Below, piece after piece: positions 57,801-64,000 of a stretch of 64,000 nucleotides of DNA. The translations under genes were made by a program, and so were the position numbers. The DNA comes from a virus: IMG/VR virus record IMGVR_UViG_3300037264_006630, positions 120,944-184,943 of that record. One strand, written 5' to 3'. Positions within the stretch are counted from its first letter, which is position 1. Each line of letters starts with the position of its first letter. Below the pieces are notes generated by a model. It saw only the letters and a program-made list of their open reading frames with translations. It made no database searches and was not told the origin of the DNA.

Positions 57801-59048
57801 AGTCTAGGCATCATCGGTGGCATCGGAACGCGGAAGCCAGCGGCCGGCGGGGTGATACGCGGGCGGCAGATCGTGGGGAAGCGCACCGGCTACATGGTGC
57901 ATTGGTCAGCGTTCGCCGAAGCCGGCGACAACACCGGGTACAGAGGAGCACGCCGCGCCCTTCCCGGCACCGAGGGTCGCTTCAACGAGGGAGTGGTCCG
58001 CGGTGTCGAGTCGGCGCCAGTGCCAGCGCTGGTCTACGATCTCGAGATGGACGGGCACCCGTCGTTCGTCGCCAACGGCGCGTTGGTCCATAACAGCGCG
58101 ACCCCGATTTTCAATCTTGGCGGCGAGGTCTGGAACGTGATGGACGTGCTGTCGCCGGGCCTGCTCGGCGACAAGCAGGAGTTCTACACCGAGTGGTGTA
58201 CGCCGCAGGGCAACGGCAAGTACCTCGTCAACGACATCAACGCGCTGCGCGTCTATCTGACCGGCGAGGGCGCGATGCTGCGCCGCCGCCGCAAGGACGT
58301 GGGCCGCGAGTTGCCGCCCATGATGCGCAACTGGCAGACGGTCGAGCTCAACCGCAAGGGCCTCGACTCGATCAGCAGTCACGTCGCCGAGCTGGCGCGC
58401 GCGGTGCTCCGCGACGACATCGCTCCCTTCGCCAAGATGCAGGCGGCTGGCGAGCTCGACCGCCAACTCCGACAGGCCACCGGCGTGGCGAAGATCCCAA
58501 GCGTGCTGGCGTTCGTCGAGATGCTCATCCACGGCGCCGACGAGCCCGAGTTCGAGTCGGTCGTGGTCTTCGCTCACCACCACCTCGTCTTCGATGCGCT
58601 GCTCGAGGGCCTGACCAAGGCCGGCATCAAGGCGGCCAAGTTCACCGGCAAGCAGTCGAAGAAGGAGAAGGACGAGGCGCTTGACCGGTTCACCAACGGC
58701 GACCTCCAGGTCCTGCTCCTGGCCAACCGCGCCGGCGTCGGCATCGACGGCCTCCAGGCGGTGTGCAGCGTCGGCGTGGTCGCCGAGCTCGACTGGTCGC
58801 CGGGCGTTCACCTCCAGAACGAGGGTCGGCTCAACCGCGACGGCCAGGAGGAGAACGTCGTCTTCTACTACCTCGTCTCCGATGAGGGCAGCGATCCGGT
58901 GGTGCGCGACGTGCTGGGCATCAAGGAGAGCCAGCGCCACGGCCTGGTCGATGGCGACCTGGGCGACACCAGCGACGAGCCGCCGGTGGACCTGAACCGC
59001 ATGCGGAAGATGGCGCAAGCCTACCTCGACAAGCACAAGGTGAAGTGA
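54834..59048 (+). CDS. SNF2/DEAD-like SF2 helicase precursor with two inteins (1404 aa; about 593 aa after splicing)
   Basis: GDDVGLGK|T, FDECQ, |SATP, AGVGIDGL, DWSP..QNEGRLNRDGQ. Confidence 0.9.
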   Translation: MKTYGTVKYKSDPGARLGYFHIVCEPHVAMVLRRIFDGSKRGRDNAVVVSGTDANCHTLEWALIKYPMEVDTPVLKRGADRQRQRMAMVEEARSPDYVPPVFDLAIPLRDYQRVAADLAIRSRGLLLGDDVGLGKAQPIDALVLTPTGWRAIGDLRVGDRVVDPDGGEAAVTGVFPQGERQVYRVTIKDGTSAESCEAHLWGVYTANDRTRGGSMRVLELKQIMGDLRGKEWKGWASSKWFLPLPEPIVFDAAGERPVDPYLLGVLIGDGGLSGGAVNLMSPDVEIVSRVRATIPAGTTLIACDGREGHYRVSRGKPGGENPLMNALRDLDLMGKLSVEKRIPVAYLRAPVAERLELLRGLMDTDGDCTKLGACMFNTSSPGLRDDVVDLVRGLGGIASIYDRPEPKFTHKGETRIGQPAYRVNVRLAVNPFHLIKKAERWHRPNMARAIHSVEPTRRVETVCIRVASKRHLYITDGHIVTHNTAECIATFVVPDTLPAIVVTLTHLTGQWQREVNRFAPALRVHVIQRVQAYPLVDNYGWEVHKGKRRYVRSGIAKMPDVIILSYSKLVGWADMLISINPGMLVFDECQELRTGATDGGSTHGSKKNDAAKAIAFRSRYRVGASVGPDSIIELRGSLFGAGWVGRMEDAVTMVASVVGAQRLAESDFRDVAILGIESRGWTGNGFGWKRVRKFIVHECNEPVRTLRIAGDGLLLTDDHDVFVARRQGRRDYHPEVITPIAQVPAKSINKGDIVPVDDGAAWGGNTERLIDTASILTHLGWAQVPVYLGGLDRHILGVKQYEWANYRKQGTFGHYLPVRLYLQHRHRLPVPPFIYLSKCKRITKIAMTIRLSDWAYVLGFFLGDGWLDKDTTRVSFAVELSRKDDFIARLRLLPGIDLDPKVRVMPGKSVEIRVSNVLFASVLRHAMGKHLCHEKTIPGEWIVSWPESARRELLRGMLESDGHVSARANRRWYATSSQKMARAMLSLLRSLGIIGGIGTRKPAAGGVIRGRQIVGKRTGYMVHWSAFAEAGDNTGYRGARRALPGTEGRFNEGVVRGVESAPVPALVYDLEMDGHPSFVANGALVHNSATPIFNLGGEVWNVMDVLSPGLLGDKQEFYTEWCTPQGNGKYLVNDINALRVYLTGEGAMLRRRRKDVGRELPPMMRNWQTVELNRKGLDSISSHVAELARAVLRDDIAPFAKMQAAGELDRQLRQATGVAKIPSVLAFVEMLIHGADEPEFESVVVFAHHHLVFDALLEGLTKAGIKAAKFTGKQSKKEKDEALDRFTNGDLQVLLLANRAGVGIDGLQAVCSVGVVAELDWSPGVHLQNEGRLNRDGQEENVVFYYLVSDEGSDPVVRDVLGIKESQRHGLVDGDLGDTSDEPPVDLNRMRKMAQAYLDKHKVK
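55239..56282 (+). mobile_element. intein 1 (348 aa; Ala start, class-3 WCT signature; LAGLIDADG endonuclease) in Walker A
   Basis: AQPIDALVLTPTGW..HLW..LGVLIGDG..LRGLMDTDG..VCIRV..VTHN|T. Confidence 0.9.
56706..58094 (+). mobile_element. intein 2 (463 aa; Ser start; LAGLIDADG endonuclease) in helicase motif III
   Basis: SVGPDSIIELR..LTDDH..LGFFLGDG..LRGMLESDG..VYDLEM..LVHN|S. Confidence 0.9.
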
Positions 59049-59728
59049 TGCCACGGGGGAAGCGCCAACCACGGCTCGTGCCGGTCGACATTGCCAGCCT
59101 GACCCGCTGGCAGTGGCTTAAGACGGCGCTGGATCTCGAGGAGACCGGCAAGCGTATCGAGTACATCGCGATGGCGTCGCTCCTCCGGGTGTCCCGGGTC
59201 GACGCTCACTTCATGCTCGCGCATCTGTGCGACAACCACCTCATCAACGGCGGGCGCGTCTCCGGGCGCGGACGCTGGGCCCTCCAGATCCCGACCCTCT
59301 GCTACTTCGCGGTGTCGCTCGATCCGATGGACCCGCACGCCAGCGCCGCCGCGGCCGTTGCCCTCGCCACCGACATCACCAGCGCGATCGGCGTGCCGCT
59401 CGTCGCGATGATGCCGTCCACCCTGGTGCTGGCGAAGGCGGCCGAGGGCGATGAGACCGCGCTCGATGCGCTGGTGGGGTTCTCGCAGCGCGCCGACGTG
59501 GTGCTGGTGATCGACGATGACCCGCTGCTCGAGCAGCGGTTCGATGTGGTCGCCGCGCAGCGCGCCGACGTGATGGTGACGGTTGCCCGGCCCGGCGAGG
59601 ATCCGCGCGCGACCCTGCACGGCGCGTTGACCCTCGATGCCTTCGACGCCGCCGACTTCTGGCGCCGCGCGCGCATGGAGCGCTTGCCGCGGAAGCACCC
59701 GGATACGGCGCGGAGACATCAACGATAA
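59048..59728 (+). CDS. hypothetical protein (wHTH-like N-terminus, alpha/beta C-terminus)
   Basis: coupled to the helicase stop; good codon bias. Confidence 0.6.
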   Translation: MPRGKRQPRLVPVDIASLTRWQWLKTALDLEETGKRIEYIAMASLLRVSRVDAHFMLAHLCDNHLINGGRVSGRGRWALQIPTLCYFAVSLDPMDPHASAAAAVALATDITSAIGVPLVAMMPSTLVLAKAAEGDETALDALVGFSQRADVVLVIDDDPLLEQRFDVVAAQRADVMVTVARPGEDPRATLHGALTLDAFDAADFWRRARMERLPRKHPDTARRHQR

Positions 59729-59731
59729 GCC

Positions 59732-59761
59732 TTGACGACTTTCGGGCAGCGCCCGTAATGT
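59732..59761 (+). promoter_or_regulatory. promoter with an operator-like site in the spacer
   Basis: TTGACG-18 nt-TAATGT, 8 nt before ATG 59770; spacer holds TTTCGGGCAGCGCCCG. Confidence 0.65.
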
Positions 59762-59769
59762 GGCCGCAG

Positions 59770-60177
59770 ATGAACAGCCCCCTCGTGCCCCCGTCCCGTG
59801 AACAGATCGCCGCCACCGAGGCGACGGCCGCCATCCACAAGAAGGGCTTCCCGCCCGGCACGACGCAGCGGGTGAAGCGGACCCTCCACGAGAAGGCGCG
59901 GCGCGCGGCGGTCCGGCGGCTGGCCCCGAGCTTCCGGCACGGCTCGCGTCTCCAGCCCTTCGTCTACAACGAGGACAAGTCCAACTGGCGCGACCACGCG
60001 CGCCTGGCCCCTGCTATGATCGGCGAGGTGCGCGGCTTCGATCTCGACGGCAATCCGCGCATCACCTACCGCCTCAACCCGGCGTGTAGCGGGCCGCCGC
60101 TGGGGCCGTCCGCGCTCATCACGCTCGCCACCAAGAAGGCGCGGGCGCGACAGACCCACCCCGGGAAGCGCTCGTGA
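59770..60177 (+). CDS. hypothetical basic protein
   Basis: follows the promoter; GTGA-coupled to dnaN. Confidence 0.55.
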   Translation: MNSPLVPPSREQIAATEATAAIHKKGFPPGTTQRVKRTLHEKARRAAVRRLAPSFRHGSRLQPFVYNEDKSNWRDHARLAPAMIGEVRGFDLDGNPRITYRLNPACSGPPLGPSALITLATKKARARQTHPGKRS

Positions 60178-61277
60178 GCGGGATGGAGTTCCGGATCGCC
60201 AAGAGCGATCTGGTGCGGGGCCTGCGCCTCGCGCAGTCAGTGGCCGACCGCAAGAGCACGATGCCGATGCTTGGCAACGTGCTCCTGCGGGTGGTCGAGT
60301 CCGACAAGCTGCTCTGCGCGGCCACCGACCTGAACGTCTCGGTGGTGGCCACCCTGCCGCTGGCGCTCGGGACCGGTGGCGGCATCACGGTGGCGGCCAA
60401 GGCGCTCTACGACATCGTGGCGAACCTGCCCGGTGACACCGTCGGCATCCGCAAGGTCGAGAACAACTGGGCCGAGATCAAGGCCGGCAAGGTCAGCTAC
60501 CGCATCGTCGGCGTCCCCGACCGCGACTTCCCCAAGATCCCGGACACCACGGCTGCGCCGCTCGCCGAGGTCGACGCGAGCACCCTGCGCGAGATGATCG
60601 ACCGCACGCTCTACGCGATCTGCAACGACGAGACGCGCTTCCACCTGAACGGCGTGCTGTTCGAGAGCACCGGCACCAGCGCCCGCATGGTGTCGACCGA
60701 CGGCCACCGGCTGTCGAAGGTCGATCGCACCCTCTCCGGGCCCAAGCTCTCGCACGGCGTCATCATCCCCAAGAAGGGCCTGCTCGAGATCAAGAAGATC
60801 CTCGAAGGGGTGAAGGTCTGCCAGTTCGGCTTGAAGGTCCCGCACGTCTATTTCGCGGTCGACGGCGTCACCCTGGTCGTCAAGCTCATCGACGCGCAGT
60901 TCCCGCCGTACGATCAGGTCATCCCCAAGGAGCACAAGCACGCGGCGATCGTGAACCGTGCTCTCCTGGCCGACGCGGTGAAGCGCGTCAACCTCATGGC
61001 CTCGGACTCGCGCGGGCTCAAGCTCTCGGTCATGACCGGTGGCATCCGGCTCGCCTCGGACAACCCGGACGTGGGCGAGGTGACCGAGGATCTCGACGCC
61101 GACTACCAGGGCGAGCCGCTCACCATCGGGCTCAACCCCAGGTACGTGAGCGACATCCTGGCCCACATCGTCTCCGAGCAGGTGGTGATCGAGTTGGGCG
61201 GCGAGCTCGACCCGGCGGTCTTCCGGCCGCTCGCGGGTGACAACTACCTCGGCGTCGTCATGCCGATGCGGGTGTGA
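60174..61277 (+). CDS. dnaN: DNA polymerase III beta sliding clamp
   Basis: full length 367 aa; STMPMLGNVL, ATDL, ETRFHLNG, STDGHRL, KLIDAQFPPY, VVMPMR. Confidence 0.95.
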   Translation: MSGMEFRIAKSDLVRGLRLAQSVADRKSTMPMLGNVLLRVVESDKLLCAATDLNVSVVATLPLALGTGGGITVAAKALYDIVANLPGDTVGIRKVENNWAEIKAGKVSYRIVGVPDRDFPKIPDTTAAPLAEVDASTLREMIDRTLYAICNDETRFHLNGVLFESTGTSARMVSTDGHRLSKVDRTLSGPKLSHGVIIPKKGLLEIKKILEGVKVCQFGLKVPHVYFAVDGVTLVVKLIDAQFPPYDQVIPKEHKHAAIVNRALLADAVKRVNLMASDSRGLKLSVMTGGIRLASDNPDVGEVTEDLDADYQGEPLTIGLNPRYVSDILAHIVSEQVVIELGGELDPAVFRPLAGDNYLGVVMPMRV

Positions 61278-61392
61278 CCGTGGCGGACTCGGTCAAGACC
61301 GCGTGTCGAGGTGGCGCCGTCGTCGAGTCGATGCCGCTGGGTGACGGGGTCTGGTTCCACGGCCGCCGCGTCCATCTGCACCCGGAGGCGGC

Positions 61393-61591
61393 GTGACCTA
61401 CACGATCGGCAACGTGCTCGACGTGCTGCCCACGCTCGCCGCCGGCCGCTTTCCGTTGCTGCGTCACCTCGCCGCCGTATTGGGGGCTGCGCGCGTACCT
61501 GGACGGCGAGCAGGTCATCGTCCGTCGCGACCTGACGCCCGAGCAGCTCGCCTACGTCGAGGCCGAACTGAGGAAGGCGGGCTTGCTGTGA
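61393..61591 (+). pseudogene. N-terminal fragment of a beta-class N4C/N6A methyltransferase (one +1 frameshift)
   Basis: IGNVLDVLPTL..RF then, after an extra base near 61450-61453, RCCVTSPPYWGLRAYLDGEQVIVRRDLTPEQLAYVEAELRKAGLL-stop. Confidence 0.8.
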
Positions 61592-62187
61592 AGATGATCG
61601 CCGTCGACGTTCTCGCGGCTGTGGACCCACTCGTGGCATCCGCGGCAGAGCGTCACCATGTTCGCGATGTCGAACCGCAGAGCGGGCGCCTCCGACCACG
61701 GCGCGATGTGGTGCGCGTGCAGGCTGCGCGGCCCGCGCTTCGGTGCGGCGCACCGACGGCACCGGAAGCCATCGCGCGCGTAGACTTCGCGCACGATCGC
61801 GGCCCACTCGCCGCTTGCGTAGATGCGCTGACGTTCGGGCGAACTGCCATCGCGGTAGCGCGGGTTGCTCGCGCCGGTGCGCCCGCTCATGCCGTTGCGC
61901 GCGCCGCGCAACCACGGCTTCGGCTTCGTCGCCGACTTGCTCAAACGCTCGCGCGTCGCGTCGCTGTGCCGATGCCCGAGCCACGGATTGCCGCGCCCGC
62001 CGAGCACGTAGTTGTCCGCGCCTCTGAGGTTCTGACCGCGTGGCCGCGTCGGGATCCCGAAGTCGCGCAGCTTGTCGTGGATCCGCTTCGGGTCGCGCCC
62101 GACGAGCGCGCCGATCTCGTACGTCGAGAGGCCGCGCGTCTCGTACTGATCGCGCAGCCAAACAGGGTCGAGATGGAGCGGCGCCAC
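61552..62187 (-). mobile_element. free-standing HNH homing endonuclease (HTH + NUMOD3-like + HNH) inside the MTase gene
   Basis: GHRHSDATRERLS, RDGFRCRRC, HAHHI..NMVTLCRGCHEWVH; extended -10 TGCTACAAT 6 nt before GTG. Confidence 0.9.
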
Positions 62188-62213
62188 GTCGCCATTGTAG
62201 CAAAGGCAGGCCG

Positions 62214-64000
62214 ATGACGAAGGTCTATCGTCGAGAGGAAATCCCGCCGCACCTGCTCGAATACTTCGAGCCGGCGAGGGCGATCGAGTTGGGGTCCGAG
62301 CCGACGCCGGCCGCGTACGTCGAGCGCATGGTCGCGGTGTTCCGCGAGGTGCGGCGCGTGCTCGCCGATGACGGCACCGCGTGGATCAATATCGGCGACA
62401 GCTACGCGGGATCGCGATGCGGCGAGCAGGGCGCGACCGGCGCGCTGACCGATCGCTCCGTCGAGAAGCAACGCGCGCGGATGCGACCTGGCGCCGTTCC
62501 CGGAAGCGGCGGACAGCAAGGCGGCGCGCGCAACCTCGACGGCCTCGGCCTCGTCGATGGCTGCAAGCCGAAGGATCTCGTCGGCATCCCGTGGCGCCTC
62601 GCCTTCGCGCTGCAAGCTGATGGGTGGTACCTGCGCTCGGACATCATCTGGTGCCTGTCCGGCGGCGAGTGGGTCTACGCGCGCGCAGAAGGGCGACATG
62701 CCGGTGATGGTCAAGGATCTCGTCCGGCTCGATCCGTCGACGGTCCGGCTGTGGAACGGCGAGAAGTGGACGCGCGTCCTCGGATGGAACGCGAGCGTGG
62801 ACACGTCCGAGCGCATCGAGATCACACTGCGATCGGGCGAGCGCATCGGCTGCACGGGCGGTCACCAGTGGCCGACGCAGCGCGGGAACGTCCGCGCGCG
62901 CGACCTCGCGATCGGCGACGTGATCGAGACGTGCGATTTGCCCGAGCCGAGCAACGCGACCGCGCCCGGTCACCTGTCGACGGATGCGTGTTGGCTCGCC
63001 GGGCTGTATCTCGCCGAGGGCAGCAGGTCGGGCGACAAGCTGCAACTGTCGCTGCACGCCGACGAGCGCCCGTGGTTCGATCGGATCGATGCCGTCGCGC
63101 GCCACTACGGCGGGTCGGCGTCGTACACCATCGACGGCAACAGCCTCACGGTCCGCATGTACGGGCGGATCCTCGTCGCGGTCATCGACTCGATCATCGG
63201 CGGCGCAACCGCCATCGACAAGCATCTGCGCGCCGAGGCGTGGCGACTGCCGAACACGCACCTTCGCGCCATCGCGCAGGGCTACCTCGACGGTGACGGC
63301 CACGACGACAAGGCGAACGGTCGGATCCGTCTCGGGTTCTGCCGCAACTACTCGCTCGAGCGCGACCTGCGCACGCTCGCGGCGCGACTCGGCGCGACGA
63401 TCACGCTCAACCCGACGACGGCGACGTACCAGGGCGGCACGCGTCCGACGTTCCGCGGCGAGTGGCGATGGTCGCGCAGCGGGCACCACAACGAACGCGA
63501 CCGCGGCGAGATCGTAGGCATCGGCCGCAGCAAGGCGCGGCACTTCTGGGACATCGGCGTCGAGGACGAGCCGCACCTGTTCGCGCTCGCGTCCGGCGTG
63601 CTCACCCACAACAGCAAGCCGAACCCGATGCCCGAGTCGGTGACGGACCGGCCGACGAAAGCGCACGAGTACGTCTTTTTGCTTTCCAAGTCGGCGCGGT
63701 ACTTCTACGACGCTGCGGCCATCGCGGAACCGGCGCTCGTCGGCAATCACCATCGGACCGTCCTCGACAACGCGACGAAGGCGACGCCGCCGGGCACGCC
63801 GCCGCACACCGGGTTGCGCACGACCGACGGCTCGACGCGCAACGCCCGCTCCGTGTGGACCATCGCATCGCAGCCGTACGCGGGCGCTCACTTCGCGACG
63901 ATGCCGCCCGCGCTTGCCGAGCGATGCATCCTCGCAGGTAGCGCGATGGGCGACGAGGTGCTCGATCCGTTCCTCGGGTCGGGTACCACCGGCATGGTCG
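62214..64000 (+). pseudogene. C-terminal fragment of the same methyltransferase, intein-containing, one frameshift, runs off the window
   Basis: LGSEPTP..YVERMV..FREVRRVLADDGTAWINIGDSY, KPKDLVGIPWRLAFALQADGWYLRSDIIW|intein|SKPNPMPESVTDRPTKAHEY, RSVW, HFATMP, DPFLGSGTT. Confidence 0.85.
62652..63612 (+). mobile_element. intein 3 (about 321 aa, Cys start, LAGLIDADG) with an apparent 2-nt deletion near 62680-62686
   Basis: CLSGGEWVYAR / QKGDMPVMVKDL..CTGGHQW..LAGLYLAEG..QGYLDGDG..WDIGV..LTHN|S. Confidence 0.85.

Noticed and set aside
61499-62285. Group I intron carrying the HNH gene
   Set aside because: The HNH is antisense to the host gene, I could not find P7-type core elements, and both halves have their own stop/start with extra coding sequence. 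RT-PCR would settle it.

Overview
The whole 64 kb is one high-GC tailed-phage genome segment with a contractile tail (myovirus type). No host chromosomal genes, terminase, portal, integrase or CI-type repressor are visible in the window. Layout: (1) 10-30333 (+), a head/neck/sheath/tube/tape-measure/baseplate/fibre/lysis operon; (2) 30335-45441 (-), accessory genes, a degenerate tRNA-Val(UAC), DUF5131, an SMC-like ATPase, ParB, UvrD, RecT and YqaJ; (3) a divergent switch at about 45.44-45.99 kb with a Cro-like gene between two near-identical operators; (4) 45996-64000 (+), a replication initiator with internal iterons, DnaB, three DNA methyltransferases, RusA, a sigma-70 region-4 protein, an SNF2 helicase with two inteins, and a DnaN clamp. 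A Myxococcota-like host is inferred, not proven. The most unusual locus is the last methyltransferase. It is split in two by an antisense HNH homing endonuclease, each half carries a short extra peptide at the break, the C-half also holds a LAGLIDADG intein, and there are two frameshifts. Other notable signals are a promoter-led, highly structured ncRNA candidate in the lysis module, a tRNA that may serve as a processing signal, and many sigma70-like promoters spaced for leaderless mRNAs. Most of the long Arg/Pro/Ala-rich ORFs in the supplied track are GC-rich shadow frames.
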